From: an uncultured Chloroflexia bacterium
GTDB taxonomy: Bacteria; Chloroflexota; Dehalococcoidia; SM23-28-2; RBG-16-64-32
DNA: 64,000 nt
Direction: 5' to 3'
NCBI GenBank assembly: GCA_963717065.1
Contig: CAVQVC010000001.1
Span: 1,873,001 to 1,937,000 of the forward strand
The first letter of the stretch is position 1, and each line of letters begins with the position of its first letter. Position numbers and translations under genes: made by a program. Positions 1 to 11,811 of the stretch are shown one piece after another. A model generated the notes under the pieces. The model was not told the DNA's origin, did no database searches, and saw only the letters and a program-made list of their open reading frames with translations.

Positions 1-3000
1 AGCGCATCTCAGCTCTTGAGGACAGCCGCGAGGCCCGACGCAAGGCAGCCGAGCAACAGCTCGAGAAGGACATTACCACTGTCCGCGAAGCCGCCATGGG
101 CGAGATGGCGCCGCACCGCAAGAAGGTAAACGAGGAGCGAGACGCCGTCCGCAGTCAGTACCAGGTCCAGATCGAGAAGCTGGAAGACCTGAAAGACCCT
201 GTGAAGGACGACCAGTGTACCCTGCTTCCTGAACCTGAACTGAGGGATTGGAACGAAAAGTACCCGGGCCTGCTCAAGGCCGGCATGGGCGCAGAAGCGC
301 TCATCGGTCTCCTCGAGCGCGTCGACCTGGACGGGCTGAAAGTAAAACTACAGGGCGAGATCCAGAACTTTAGCGGGCAGCGCCGCAAGAAGGCCACAAA
401 GCGCCTCCGCGTCGTCGAGTCGCTCCGCAAGAGCGGCAACAAGCCCGCCTGGATGATCCTTGGCATCCTGCCCGTGCTCCCGCCCGACCTTCGTCCGATG
501 GTCCAGCTGGATGGCGGGCGCTTCGCCACCAGCGACCTTAACGATCTCTACCGGCGCGTTATCAACCGCAACAACCGTCTGAAGAGATTGCTGGAGCTCG
601 GCGCCCCGGAGATCATTATCCGCAACGAAAAGCGCATGCTCCAGGAAGCGGTCGACAGCCTTATCGACAACGGGCGAAGGGGTCGCGCTGTCTCCACCGC
701 CGGTAACCACAAACTGAAGTCCCTGTCCGATATGCTCAAGGGAAAGCAGGGGCGCTTCCGCCAGAACTTGCTGGGAAAGCGCGTCGACTACTCCGGCCGC
801 TCCGTGATCGTCGTGGGCCCGGAGCTCAAGCTCCACCAGTGTGGCCTGCCCAAGCGCATGGCGCTCGAGCTGTTCAAGCCGTTCGTCATGCACGGACTCG
901 TAGCGCGCGGCCTGGCGCACAACATCAAGTCCGCCAAGCGCATCGTCGAGCGGGCTCGCCCCGAAGTCTGGGACATCCTGGATGAGATCATCAAGGACCG
1001 CCCGGTGCTCCTCAACCGCGCCCCCACGCTGCACCGGCTGGGCATCCAGGCCTTCGAGCCCGTGCTCATCGACGGCAGCGCCATTCAGATCCACCCCCTG
1101 GTCTGCACCGCCTTCAATGCGGACTTCGACGGCGACCAAATGGCTGTCCATGTTCCTCTGTCCCGCGCCGCCGTGGCCGAGGGCCGGCAGATCATGCTCT
1201 CAAGCCAGAACCTGCTTTATCCCTCCAACGGAGAGCCCGTGGTAGCGCCGACGCTGGACATCGTCCTCGGGTGCTACTACCTGACGGACGAGACGCCCGG
1301 CGCTAAGGGCGCGTACCAGGACGGCGCACCTCCCAGGGGCGTATATTCGAGCTTCGACGAAGCCAAGATGGCGTATCACGCGGGCCATGTTGACCTCCGC
1401 GCGCCGATTCGGGTGCGGGATGCAAAGCTGGGCGGCGAGCTGCTGATGACCACGGTCGGCCGAATCATCTTCAACGACGTCGTTCCCGAGGAGCTGGGGT
1501 TTCAGAACCGCCTGATGGACAAGAAGGCGATCAAGGACCTCGTGTCGCGCTGCAGCCACACGCTGGACAACGAACGCACCGCGGAGATGGTCGACAAGAT
1601 GAAGGATGTCGGGTTCAGGTACGCAACGCGTTCAGGCATTTCAATCGCCATGAACGACCTTCGAGTCCCCGACGAAAAGGCCGGGCTCCTGGCCGAGGCC
1701 GACAAAGAGATCGAGGAGATCGAAGACCAGTACTCGCAGGGCTTGATCACCGATGACGAGCGCTACGACCACGCTATCCGCATCTGGCGCGACACCACTG
1801 ACCGCGTGCAGGCCGTAATCCAGAACCGCCTTGAGGAATACGGCGGTGTTTACATCATGGCCGTTTCCGGCGCCAAGGGTAACATTAGCCAGATCAGTCA
1901 GATGGCCGGTATGCGCGGCCTCATGAGCGACCCCGCCGGACGAATCATCGACCTCCCCATCCGCTCGTCCTTCCGTGAAGGCCTGAGCGTGCTCGAATAC
2001 TTCATTTCCACCCACGGCGCGCGCAAGGGACTGGCCGACACCGCCCTCCGGACGGCAGACAGCGGTTACCTGACCCGCCGCCTCATTGACGTCGCGCAGG
2101 ACGTCATCATCGTCGAGGACGACTGCGGCACAACCGCCGGCGTGTGGGTAGGGGAATCCACCGACAAGAGTCTCTTCGAATCGCTTGCCGAGCGCATCGT
2201 CGGCCGCTACACCGCGGCCGATGTCGCCGAACCAAAGACCGGCGAGATCATAGTCGAGCGCGGCGAGGAGATCACCGAAGACATCGCCGAACGGATCATG
2301 GCTGCCGGTCTCGACAAGGTATATGTCCGGTCGGCGCTGACTTGCGTGATCCGCCGCGGACTGTGCGCGACTTGCTACGGTCGCGACCTATCCAAGGGTC
2401 GCTTCGTCCAGCACGGCGAAGCCGTCGGCATCATCGGCGCTCAGAGCATCGGCGAGCCCGGCACTCAGCTCACGATGCGCACGTTCCACACCGGCGGAGT
2501 GGCAGGACTCGACATTACATCCGGTCTCCCCCGAGTGGAGGAGCTGTTCGAGGCGCGCGTTCCCAAGGGTTCCGCCCTTATCTCCGAAATCGACGGCCTG
2601 GTGGAGATCGCCCGCGACGGCGACGCCCGCCGGCTCCGTATCATCAGCGCGGAGGCGTACCGCGATGAGTACGAGCTCCCCAAGGGTTCGAAGATCACCG
2701 TCAAGGACGGCGAAGACATCCAGGCCGGCCAGGTGATCGCCACGTTGCCGAAGCCGAAGAAGGGCGAAGAGCCACAGGCCGTGGCGGTCCCGAACGAGAT
2801 TATCGCCCGCGTATCGGGACAGGCTACCGTCCAGCGCGGCGGCAAGCTCTCGATCATTTACGAGGAGCGCGACCAGCGCGAATACATCATCCCTGCCGCC
2901 GCTCGCCTGCGTGTCGGCGACGGCGACAAGGTCTTTGCCGGTGAGCCTCTCACCGAGGGTCCGCTGAACCCGCAGGACATCCTTCGCATCCAGGGCCCGG

Positions 3001-3722
3001 AAAAGGTGCAGATGTACCTCGTCGAGGAAGTCCAGAAGGTCTACAGGTCCCAGGGCGTGACCATCAACGACAAGCACATCGAGGTAATCGTCCGGCAGAT
3101 GCTACGTCGCGTCCGCGTCGACTCCCCGGGCGACACCGAATTGCTACCCGGCGAGCTCGTGGACCGCTTCAAGTTCGAAACGGAAAACGGACGCGTCCTC
3201 GCCGAGGGTGGCGAGCCCGCAACCGCGCAGCCGGTGCTGCTCGGCGTCACCAAGGCCTCGCTGAACACCGACAGCTTCCTGGCTGCCGCCTCCTTCCAGG
3301 AGACGACGCGCGTTCTCACCGAGGCCGCAATCAGTGGCCAGGTGGACCGCCTTCTCGGGCTCAAGGAAAACGTCATCATCGGCAAGCTCATCCCGGCCCG
3401 CGCCAACATCGTTGTCGAGCAGCCGCTCAAGGTCACGGAGATCCCGCTGCCGCCCAGCCTCCTCGGCGAAGGCGATGACGAGGACTTCGAGCTTTTCGAA
3501 AACGACGATGACGACGACTGGGGCATTGGCGAGCCGGAAACACCAGGTACCGGGGAACCTGAAGAAGGCCTCAACACCCTCTCAGGCGCCCTCAGCTCTC
3601 TGTTCGCCGAAGGCGAGAACGGGGCGCCGGACAGCGGCGCTCACATCGAGGCTGAAGAGAGCATCGTCGAAGAGACGCTATCCGAAGTTCTCGAAGAGGA
3701 AGCGGAAGAGCCCGGAGAGTAA
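1..3722 (+). CDS. rpoC: DNA-directed RNA polymerase subunit beta-prime, 5'-truncated by the window edge
   Basis: The frame is open from base 3 with no stop before ORF 96..3722. Bacterial beta-prime hallmarks include the catalytic NADFDGDQM motif and conserved C-terminal core blocks. Acidic C-terminal tail. Confidence 0.95.
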   Translation, partial: RISALEDSREARRKAAEQQLEKDITTVREAAMGEMAPHRKKVNEERDAVRSQYQVQIEKLEDLKDPVKDDQCTLLPEPELRDWNEKYPGLLKAGMGAEALIGLLERVDLDGLKVKLQGEIQNFSGQRRKKATKRLRVVESLRKSGNKPAWMILGILPVLPPDLRPMVQLDGGRFATSDLNDLYRRVINRNNRLKRLLELGAPEIIIRNEKRMLQEAVDSLIDNGRRGRAVSTAGNHKLKSLSDMLKGKQGRFRQNLLGKRVDYSGRSVIVVGPELKLHQCGLPKRMALELFKPFVMHGLVARGLAHNIKSAKRIVERARPEVWDILDEIIKDRPVLLNRAPTLHRLGIQAFEPVLIDGSAIQIHPLVCTAFNADFDGDQMAVHVPLSRAAVAEGRQIMLSSQNLLYPSNGEPVVAPTLDIVLGCYYLTDETPGAKGAYQDGAPPRGVYSSFDEAKMAYHAGHVDLRAPIRVRDAKLGGELLMTTVGRIIFNDVVPEELGFQNRLMDKKAIKDLVSRCSHTLDNERTAEMVDKMKDVGFRYATRSGISIAMNDLRVPDEKAGLLAEADKEIEEIEDQYSQGLITDDERYDHAIRIWRDTTDRVQAVIQNRLEEYGGVYIMAVSGAKGNISQISQMAGMRGLMSDPAGRIIDLPIRSSFREGLSVLEYFISTHGARKGLADTALRTADSGYLTRRLIDVAQDVIIVEDDCGTTAGVWVGESTDKSLFESLAERIVGRYTAADVAEPKTGEIIVERGEEITEDIAERIMAAGLDKVYVRSALTCVIRRGLCATCYGRDLSKGRFVQHGEAVGIIGAQSIGEPGTQLTMRTFHTGGVAGLDITSGLPRVEELFEARVPKGSALISEIDGLVEIARDGDARRLRIISAEAYRDEYELPKGSKITVKDGEDIQAGQVIATLPKPKKGEEPQAVAVPNEIIARVSGQATVQRGGKLSIIYEERDQREYIIPAAARLRVGDGDKVFAGEPLTEGPLNPQDILRIQGPEKVQMYLVEEVQKVYRSQGVTINDKHIEVIVRQMLRRVRVDSPGDTELLPGELVDRFKFETENGRVLAEGGEPATAQPVLLGVTKASLNTDSFLAAASFQETTRVLTEAAISGQVDRLLGLKENVIIGKLIPARANIVVEQPLKVTEIPLPPSLLGEGDDEDFELFENDDDDDWGIGEPETPGTGEPEEGLNTLSGALSSLFAEGENGAPDSGAHIEAEESIVEETLSEVLEEEAEEPGE

Positions 3723-3746
3723 CGGAATAGGGAATCACCGGTCACG

Positions 3747-3780
3747 GGGGGCGCGAAAATGCGCCCCCTGTCTCGTTTTC
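3747..3780 (+). terminator. Rho-independent terminator after rpoC
   Basis: Perfect 8-bp GC stem GGGGGCGC / GCGCCCCC with loop GAAAAT, followed by the T-rich tract TGTCTCGTTTTC. Confidence 0.6.
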
Positions 3781-3784
3781 TCAA

Positions 3785-3813
3785 GCGCTGCGCATGGCGG
3801 TGCGCCCTATAAT
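3785..3813 (+). promoter_or_regulatory. Candidate promoter for gdh (perfect -10 TATAAT, poor -35)
   Basis: TATAAT at 3808-3813 lies only 17 nt upstream of the gdh ATG (3831). This implies a very short, SD-less leader. No convincing -35. Confidence 0.3.
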
Positions 3814-3830
3814 GGACACTGCAGGCACGT

Positions 3831-5093
3831 ATGGTCGTAAGACAGCCCGAAGCCTCCGAAGCTCTGAAGACGGCGCTGGCCCAGTTCGATGCCGCCGCCG
3901 ACCGTCTCGGCCTCGATGATGGTGTCCGATCCATGCTCCGCGTCTGCAAGCGTGAGCTGTCCGTCCACTTCCCTGTGCAGATGGATGACGGCGGTATCCG
4001 CGTCTTCACCGGCTACCGCGTCCAGCACAACCTCGCGCGGGGGCCCGCCAAGGGCGGTCTCCGCTACAACATCAACGTGGATCTCGACGAGGTCCGGGCT
4101 CTCGCCATGTGGATGACCTGGAAGAGCGCGGTCATCAACCTCCCGTACGGCGGCGCCAAGGGCGGCGTCATCGTTGATCCCAGGTCGCTTTCAGCCGGCG
4201 AGCTTGAGAACCTCACCCGCCGGTATGCCACCGAAGTCACCATAGTTATCGGCCCAAACGAGGACATCCCCGCGCCCGACATGGGGACCGATGGTCAGAT
4301 CATGGCCTGGATCATGGACACGATCAGCATGCACCGCGGCTACACCACGGCGGGCGTCGTCACAGGCAAGCCGGTCAGCGTCGGCGGCACACTCGGCCGG
4401 CAGGACGCCACGGGCCGCGGTATCCAGTACATCATTCAGGAAGTCGCGAAGGACCACGAAGTTTCGCTGGAAGGCGCCACTGTTGCCGTCCAGGGTTTTG
4501 GTAACGTGGGTGCCGTAGCCGCCCGCCTCCTTCACGAGCTGGGAGCCAAGGTGGTGGCCGCGAGCGACCAGTCCGGCGGCATATACAACGCCGGGGGCCT
4601 CTCCATACCGTCCCTGCTCTCCTACCAGAAGGACCAGGCGCCGCTTTCCAACGCTCCCGGCGGTGATCGCATCTCCAACGAAGAACTGCTCGCCCTTCCC
4701 GTCGACTTCCTGATCCCCGCCGCCCTCGAAGGTCAGATCACGGCGCAGAACGCCCCCGACGTCCGCGCCCGGTTCGTCGTGGAGGGCGCCAACGGCCCGA
4801 CGACTCCCGAGGCCGATGCAATCCTCGCCGAGAAGAACGTCATCGTCGTCCCCGACATCCTGGCCAACGCCGGCGGCGTCATCGTCTCCTACTTTGAGTG
4901 GGTGCAGGACCTCCAGTTCTATTTCTGGGAGGAAACCGAAGTCAACGAGCGCCTCCACCGCATTATCACCCGCGCCTACCGAGACGTCGTCAATACAGCC
5001 GCCCAGCACAGCATCAGCCTCCGCGAAGCCGCGATGGTGCTCGCGGTCGGGCGCGTGGTGGAGGCCTCACGCATCCGCGGCATCTACCCGTAG
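3831..5093 (+). CDS. gdhA: Glutamate dehydrogenase (Glu/Leu/Phe/Val dehydrogenase family)
   Basis: 420-aa intact ORF. Catalytic-lysine block LPYGGAKGG, Rossmann GFGNVG, and C-terminal block ANAGGVxVSYFEWVQ. Confidence 0.92.
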   Translation: MVVRQPEASEALKTALAQFDAAADRLGLDDGVRSMLRVCKRELSVHFPVQMDDGGIRVFTGYRVQHNLARGPAKGGLRYNINVDLDEVRALAMWMTWKSAVINLPYGGAKGGVIVDPRSLSAGELENLTRRYATEVTIVIGPNEDIPAPDMGTDGQIMAWIMDTISMHRGYTTAGVVTGKPVSVGGTLGRQDATGRGIQYIIQEVAKDHEVSLEGATVAVQGFGNVGAVAARLLHELGAKVVAASDQSGGIYNAGGLSIPSLLSYQKDQAPLSNAPGGDRISNEELLALPVDFLIPAALEGQITAQNAPDVRARFVVEGANGPTTPEADAILAEKNVIVVPDILANAGGVIVSYFEWVQDLQFYFWEETEVNERLHRIITRAYRDVVNTAAQHSISLREAAMVLAVGRVVEASRIRGIYP

Positions 5094-5190
5094 TCCATTC
5101 AGGGCGACCTACTCGGGACTTGTAGCAAGATTCGGCGCGCCTGCGTCTATCCATGCGAGGCCGCGGACCGCCTCGAGTGGAGGGACACGA

Positions 5191-5652
5191 ATGCTCAAGA
5201 CGCTTTTCGGCAAACGGCTAAACGGACGGTTCCCCGGCGAAGACTTTGTACTCGCGGAAGGCGAGAGGGAAGGCCTCCCGGCAATAGCTCTGATCAACCG
5301 CGCGTACAAGCGCTACTCATTCACTTCCGAGTACCCCTGGCACGTCGAGATTGAGATCGCCATGCAGGACACCACCGATCTCGGTCTTCCCACAAGCGCT
5401 GAAGCCGACGCCTTGAACGCGCTGGAGGACTATCTCGAGGAAGAGATGACCAAAGCCGGCGCCTTCCACCAGATAGCGCGCCAGACATGGAACCACGTTC
5501 GCATGATCGACTACTACGTCGAGGTCGGCCCCGCGGCCAAGTCACTCCTATCGCGCCTGGCCGATTCCGGCAGCACCACACGACCGTTCACGGTGAAAGT
5601 TGAGCACGATGACGACTGGAGCATCTGCGAAGGCTTTTTCCAGAACCTCTGA
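5191..5652 (+). CDS. DUF695-like hypothetical protein
   Basis: The ATG at 5191 is preceded by GGAGGG. 153 aa with good coding texture. The family assignment is from memory of DUF695-like sequences, not verified. Confidence 0.55.
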   Translation: MLKTLFGKRLNGRFPGEDFVLAEGEREGLPAIALINRAYKRYSFTSEYPWHVEIEIAMQDTTDLGLPTSAEADALNALEDYLEEEMTKAGAFHQIARQTWNHVRMIDYYVEVGPAAKSLLSRLADSGSTTRPFTVKVEHDDDWSICEGFFQNL

Positions 5653-5796
5653 CAAAGATCGTAACCAGCCCGAAACCTTCCCGTAACATCCAGGCCATCC
5701 CGATCTGTCACTCTCGTTCCAGGGCGTCCTTCGGGAACGTCCTTGATTGCGTATTCACCTGCAGCGAGCCCGGTCTTCGGGAGGGAGTGCATAACC

Positions 5797-7625
5797 ATGG
5801 TCACCAGCCAGCGGGTAATCGCTCCGGTGGAGCGATTCCTGAACGATCTCTACGATCGTTACTCAGTCCTTGGTGAGGGAGCCGTGGCGGAGTACATCCC
5901 AGAGCTGTCGAAGGCCGACCCCGGGTGGTTCGGAATCTCGATCGTGATGCTCGACGGCCACGAGTACTCGGTCGGCGACTCAGAAGTACCATTCACCATC
6001 CAGTCCATCTCCAAGCCATTCGTCTACGGTCTCGCCCTCGAGGACAACGGCGAGGAGTACGTCATCGAGCGCGTCGGCCTGGAACCAACGGGCGACGCCT
6101 TCAACGCCATCAGCCTTGATCCCGAGACCGGGCGCCCGGCCAACGCCATGATCAACGCCGGCGCGATCGCAACGTCGGGGATGGTCCGAGGCGGATGGCG
6201 GCGACGCCCCTCGACCGGCTGTTGAACATGTTCTCGCGCTACGCCGGGCGTCAGGTGTCGGTCGACGACGCGGTTTACAGATCGGAGAGCGAGACCGGTC
6301 ACCGCAACCGCGCCATCGGCCATCTGCTGCGAAACTTCGGGATAGTCCTCAGCGACCCCGAGGAGGCGCTGGACCTCTACTTCAACCAGTGCTCGATCTC
6401 GGTTACCTGCCGAGATCTTGCCGTGATGGCAGCATGTCTCGCCAATCAGGGTGTCAACCCCATCACAGGAGAGCGTGCTGTCGATGCGCGCTACGTATCC
6501 AGCGTGCTCAGCGTGATGGGTTCGTGCGGCATGTATGACTATGCCGGTGAGTGGATATACCGCGTCGGAATGCCTGCCAAGAGCGGCGTCTCCGGAGGAG
6601 TGCTGGCTGTCCTTCCGGGACAACTGGGCATCGGCGTGTTCTCCCCTCCGCTCGATGTCCGCGGGAACAGTGTGCGCGGCGTCGGTGTCTGCACCGACTT
6701 CTCCGAAAGCTACAACCTGCACCTCTTCAACGTGCCGCACACATCAGACTCCGGAGTCCGGCACACCTACGACGCGGCCTCCGTGCGCTCCAGGCGCCGG
6801 CGGCAGCCCGCGGCTGCCGAGCTCCTCGCCTGCGAGGGACGGCCGTTGCGCGTCTACGAGCTCCAGGGCGACCAGGTCTTCGCCATGACGGAAGCGTTCT
6901 CACGTGACGTGGTCCGCGACTCCGAAATCTTCGACTTCTTGATCGTCGACCTCCGCCGCGTGGTGAGGATCGACGCCGGCGCCGCGGACCTGCTCCGCAC
7001 GCTCCTATCCGACCTGGCTGAGGCGGGCAAAATCGTCTCGGTCTCTGGCGTCACCACCCTACCGCAGCTCACCAAACAACTCCCGGACGAAATCTCAGTC
7101 CTCCCCACCCTCGACGATGCCCTGGAGTGGTGTGAAGATCAGGTCCTCGCACGCTTCCTTCCAGTGGCGGCGAGCGACGAGGAATTCGTGCCGCCCCGCG
7201 AGAACGAGTTGTGCGAGGGCCTCACAGCGGCTGAGATGACCGCTGTCGAGCGCGTACTCAGGCCGTTGACCGCCCCCTCGGGCGAGCGAATACTCTCCGC
7301 GGGCGACCCAGGCGAAAGTCTATATCTCCTGTGCAAGGGACGCGTCAGCGTCGTCATCGACCAACCGGCCGCAGCCGAGACAAGAGTCGCCACGCTCTGC
7401 CCAGGCATGGTCTTCGGCGAAATGGCGATGCTCGGCGAGCCAGTTCGCGCCGCCAGCGTTCGCGCCGATTCAGACGTTGAATGCCGCGAACTAACGATGG
7501 ATGACCTTAACGCTCTCGCCCGAGTCCACCCCAACCTTCGCGCAGTGATCTATGAGAACCTGGCCCGCAAGTTGACGGTTGCACTGCGCAACGCCAACCG
7601 CGAACTCAGCGCGCTGGCGGGCTAA
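5797..7625 (+). pseudogene. glsA: Glutaminase A fused to STAS and cyclic-nucleotide-binding domains; one frameshift near 6190-6200
   Basis: ORF 5743..6225 carries the glutaminase N-terminus (SISKPFVYGLALE). ORF 6195..7625 carries the rest (MPAKSGVSGG), then a STAS-like segment, then a cNMP-binding domain (FGEMAML...RAASVRA). The ATG at 5797 has a GGGAGGGAG SD. Confidence 0.85.
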
Positions 7626-7647
7626 ACTTAGCCGTTCTGGACTCCGT

Positions 7648-8547
7648 CTACGGCGCCACCTCCGACGCCACCTCCACCAGCCGGCCGCCGCCCGGCCCGT
7701 TGCTGCGGATCGTCGACGGCACCCGTAGTGACTCCTCCGCCTCATATGTTTCCCGTAGCTCTTGGAACGCTTCGTTGTCCTGCGTCAGCGCCCCCACACG
7801 ACTGAGTAGCGCTTCATCGGCTGGTGCGACTTCATTTTCCAGGCCTTCTGCGAGCCCCCAGCCGTCCCACGGCAGCATCTCCATCTTGTTCAGCGCCGCC
7901 ATGTCCCGCACCAAGTTCTGCCGCACCCACCACATTCCGTATTCGTTGATCGGGTGCAGGCCGAAGTCATCAGTATTCGCCTTGCCGGCGCGGCACATCT
8001 CCCAGGCCATCCCGGCGACGACGAAGCGGTCGCGGGGCACGTCGTGCGTGTCAAAGCCTACCTGGAGGACGCCGCGCTGGAGGCTGTCGAGCTGAGCGTC
8101 AACCAGATGCCAGCGCTGCTGTTCCGCATTCCAGTACTCGCAGACCCAGTGGTCCTCGTATTTCCCGGGAAGGAAGTAGGCGCCGAAGCCGCATCGCGCC
8201 CGCGCTGGAACGCCCTGGTGTCGCAGCATTGAACAGAGAAGCATCGTGTGGTCCCGGCAGTTCCCGACCAACCTCCGCTCGGGCGGCCGCACGGCCGTCA
8301 ACGGACTGCCGTCCAGCTCCAGGATTCGGTTCAGCATCAGCGCGACGCGGCGGAGCTGCAGCTCTCCCTCTCTTTCCGGAGACAGAGTCAGCCCGTATTG
8401 CTCCGACCAGAAGGGATGTACGACCAACCCCTGCACCGTCTCGCAGAGCCGCGGAACTTCGGTCGGCAAGCCGTCAAAGAGGCGGGAATTCTTCCCCGGG
8501 TCGGATATCGGGCCCTGGGAGGCATAGTACGCGAGGGGGCCCGACAA
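7648..8547 (-). CDS. Transglutaminase-like cysteine protease domain protein
   Basis: 299-aa intact ORF with a Cys-His-Asp arrangement: GNCRDHTMLL ... EDHWVCEYW ... HLVDAQ. Confidence 0.75.
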   Translation of the reverse strand: MSGPLAYYASQGPISDPGKNSRLFDGLPTEVPRLCETVQGLVVHPFWSEQYGLTLSPEREGELQLRRVALMLNRILELDGSPLTAVRPPERRLVGNCRDHTMLLCSMLRHQGVPARARCGFGAYFLPGKYEDHWVCEYWNAEQQRWHLVDAQLDSLQRGVLQVGFDTHDVPRDRFVVAGMAWEMCRAGKANTDDFGLHPINEYGMWWVRQNLVRDMAALNKMEMLPWDGWGLAEGLENEVAPADEALLSRVGALTQDNEAFQELRETYEAEESLRVPSTIRSNGPGGGRLVEVASEVAP

Positions 8548-8551
8548 GGCC

Positions 8552-9366
8552 TCAGCGTCCCGTGAACTGCGGCTCCCGCCGCTCCATGAACGCCTTCACG
8601 CCCTCCGCGAAGTCCTTCGTGCCGAACAGCGGCAGCAGCTGCAGGAAGACGTGGTGCACGTTCGCCTCGAACGTCTCTTCCAGCGCCCAGGCGCATCATG
8701 CGCTTCGTCGCCTGCACCGCCAGCGGCGCGTTCGCGGCGATCTCCGCCGCCATCGTTCGTGTCGCCTCGGCCATCAGCTCGTCGTGCGGCACGACCTCGT
8801 TCACGAGCCCCAGCTCCAGCGCACTCCTCCGCGCCCAGCGTCTGGCCGCGGAAGGCGATCTCCGCCGCCTTCGCCCAGCCGACGCAGCCGCGGCAGCAGC
8901 CACGAGCCGCCGCTCTCCGGCAGCACGCCGCGCTTCGTGAAGACCGCCGCCAGCTTCGCCTCCGTCGAGGCGATGCGGATGTCGCAGCCCAGCGCCAGGT
9001 CCATGCCGTAGCCGGCGGCCGGGCCGTTCAGCGCGCAGATCACCGGCTTGTCGGTCTTGTGCAGGACGATCGGCGGGCTGTTCGCCAGGTCGAACTTCGC
9101 CGGCCAGACCGCCGCCGCCACCGTTCGAGCCGATTCCCGTCGCCTGCCATCAGGTCCTTCAGGTCGAGCCCGGCGCAGAAGCCCTCGGCCCGCGCCGGTG
9201 AGGATGATCACCCGCACGTCGCGGTCGCTGGTCGGCGTCCCGGAACGCCTCGCGAGAACGACTCCAGCATCGGCCCGCTGATCGCGTTCAGCCGGTCCGG
9301 CCGGTTCAGCGTGATCGTCGCGATGTTGCCGTCGACTTCGTACAGCAGGTCTGCGTATTCAGGCAA
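8552..9366 (-). pseudogene. Enoyl-CoA hydratase/isomerase (crotonase family), multiple frameshifts
   Basis: Crotonase blocks are spread over at least 3 minus-strand frames: N-terminus LPEYADLLYEVDGNIATITLNRPDRLNA, then KPVICALNGPAAGYGMDLALGCDIRIA, then LGLVNEVVPHDELM, then KDFAEGVKAFMERREPQFTGR at the stop. TTG start at 9366 with a GGAGGTG SD. Confidence 0.8.
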
Positions 9367-9522
9367 GAGACACCTCCGGTTCGTTAGTGGCTAGAGGATA
9401 GCACAGGCTGAATAGTCCAACCTCGTTACCTCCGACTTCCCGCTTCCTTCCTCTTCAATCTTCCCGAACTTTCGTTATGTTACCCTGACGAAGGAACCAA
9501 TTTCTCGCCGCTGTCGTTTATT

Positions 9523-10511
9523 TTGCAGACGTCAGAGCCGGGAGGGAGGGCCGCCCCACTGGACCCCAGAGATACCGCCCAACGACTCGTCGAAAACGTC
9601 GAGCGCGTCATCATCGGCAAGCGCGACCAGGTGGAGCTGGCCGTGATGACGCTGATGTGCGGCGGCCACCTGCTGATCGAGGACGTGCCCGGCGTCGGCA
9701 AGACGATGCTGGCCCGCTCCCTCGCCCGGTCCAGCGGCTGCACCTTCAACCGCATCCAGTTCACCCCGGACCTGCTGCCCAGCGACGTGACCGGCGTCTC
9801 CGTCTACAACCAGAAGACCGGCGACTTCGAGTTCCGGCCCGGGCCGGTGCTCTCGCAGATCGTCCTCGCCGACGAGATCAACCGCGCGACGCCGAAGGCG
9901 CAGTCCGCGCTGCTCGAGGCGATGGAGGAGCGCCAGGTGACCGTCGACGGCATCACCCACCGGACGCCGGAGCCGTTCATGGTGATGGCCACGCAGAACC
10001 CGATCGAGTACGAAGGCACATTCCCGCTGCCCGAAGCGCAGCTCGACCGCTTCCTGATCCGCCTGGAGCTCGGCTACCCCTCCGCGCAGGACGAACAGGC
10101 GATGATGGAGCGCCAGCTCCACGGCCACCCCGTCGGGGAGCTGGCGCAGGTCTGCGAGTCGCAGGAAATCCTTGGCCTGCAGGCCGCCGTCCGCGAGGTC
10201 TACGTCGACGTTCTCGTCCAGGAGTACATCGTGAAGCTCGTGGAGGAGACGCGGAACCACGCCGCAACGTTTACCTCGGCGCCTCGCCGCGCGGCTCGCT
10301 CGCGCTCCAGCGTCTGGCACAGGCGAGGGCGATCCTCGACGGCCGCGATTTCGTGCTGCCCGACGACGTCAAGTCGCTGGCGTACGCGGCCCTCGGGCAC
10401 CGCATCATCCTCAACGCGCAGTCGCGCGTGAAGGGGGTCACTCCCCGCCAGGTCGTGGAGGAAGTGTTGGGGCTGCTCACCGTACCCGGCGTCCGCGCGA
10501 GGGCCGGTTGA
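9523..10511 (+). pseudogene. moxR: MoxR-family AAA+ ATPase, one frameshift near 10262
   Basis: Walker A DVPGVGKT and Walker [10 protein letters not shown]. The C-terminal part ([13 protein letters not shown]...GHRIIL) continues in the frame of ORF 9657..10511. Confidence 0.88.
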
Positions 10512-10521
10512 GGCGGCGCGG

Positions 10522-11809
10522 ATGCGGTTCTTCGGACAGAGCATCGGCGCCTTCCTGAGGTTCCTCTACCGGCACCACAATATCCTCATTGTCCTCTGGG
10601 CATTCGGCGACGATGGCCGCCTTCGCCGCGATCACCGGCCACTGGATGTTCTACCGCGCCGCTTACGTCATCGGCGGGCTCATCCCGCTCTGCTTCCTCT
10701 GGGCGCGCATCCAGTCTCGCGGCCTCGAGGTGCACGTCGAACGAACGACTGACCGCCTCCAGGTCGGTCAGCAGGCGGAGACGACGATCCGCCTCAAGAG
10801 CCACAGCGCCTGGACCAAGCTCTGGCTCGAGGTCGAGGACGAGACGAACATGCCCGGCGCCCAGCCACGACCGTCGTCACACTCCCTTCCGCCGGCACCC
10901 GCAACTGGAAGGTGAACATGACCTGCAACCGCCGCGGTGTCTACTCCGCGGGCCCCGTGCGCGTCACCACCGGCGACCCCTTCGGCCTCTTCAAGTTCAG
11001 CCGCACATACGGCGAGCGAGAGTCGCTCATCGTCCTCCCGCAGCCGGAGGAGCTACCGTACTTCTGGGCGCCGGCCGCCCAGCTTCCCGGCGAGGGCGTT
11101 GTCCGCCAGCCGCACGCACTACGTCACGCCCAACGCCGCCGGCATCCGCGAGTACTACCCCGGCGACAGCTACAACCGTATCCACTGGAACTCCACCGCG
11201 CGACTGGGCCGGCTGATGGTGAAGACGTTCGAGATGGACCCGACCAGCAACATCTGGGTACTCCTCGACCTCAATCGCGCAGCCCAACACGGCGAAGGCG
11301 ACGAAAGCACCGAGGAGTACGCCGTCCGCATCGCAGCTTCGATCGCTTACCGCTTCCTCAACGCCAACCGCATGCTCGGTCTGATGATGGTCGGACGCGA
11401 GACTGTCATCCTCGACCCGGCCCGCGGCGGCCAGCAGTACACTCGCATCCTTGAATCGCTCGCCGTTGCCGAAGCCAGCGGCAAGACATCGCTCTCCGAG
11501 GTCATCCAGGAAGAAGGCCGCCGCTTCGGCCGCCACACGACGCTTATCGCGATCACCGCCGATTCCGACGATGAATGGACCGTCGCCCTGCACCAACTCC
11601 TCCGCCAGGGCACACGTGCCGCCGCCGTTCTCCTGGACCCGCAGAGCTTCGGCGCACCCGAGGGCTCCACGCTCCCCATCGATGAGCTACTCTCCGGCAA
11701 CGTGCTGACTTACGTCGTCCCCAACACGTCCGATATTTCGCTCATGCTCGGCCCCGCAGGCGTCGTCGGCGGAGCCACAGCCGAGCGCCAGACGGTGGCG
11801 GTGCGCTAG
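10522..11809 (+). pseudogene. DUF58 domain protein (MoxR partner), about 3 frameshifts
   Basis: Pieces lie in ORFs 10522.., 10589.., 10912.. and 10937..11809. The DUF58 signature REYxPGDxxRxIHW appears as IREYYPGDSYNRIHWNSTAR. Canonical position after moxR. Confidence 0.8.
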
Positions 11810-11811
11810 CG

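Noticed and set aside
6190-6200. Programmed ribosomal frameshifting as an explanation for the split genes (example: glsA junction)
   Set aside because: No slippery heptamer or downstream pseudoknot is evident. Many genes have several shifts in both directions. Several resolved sites are simple homopolymer length changes.
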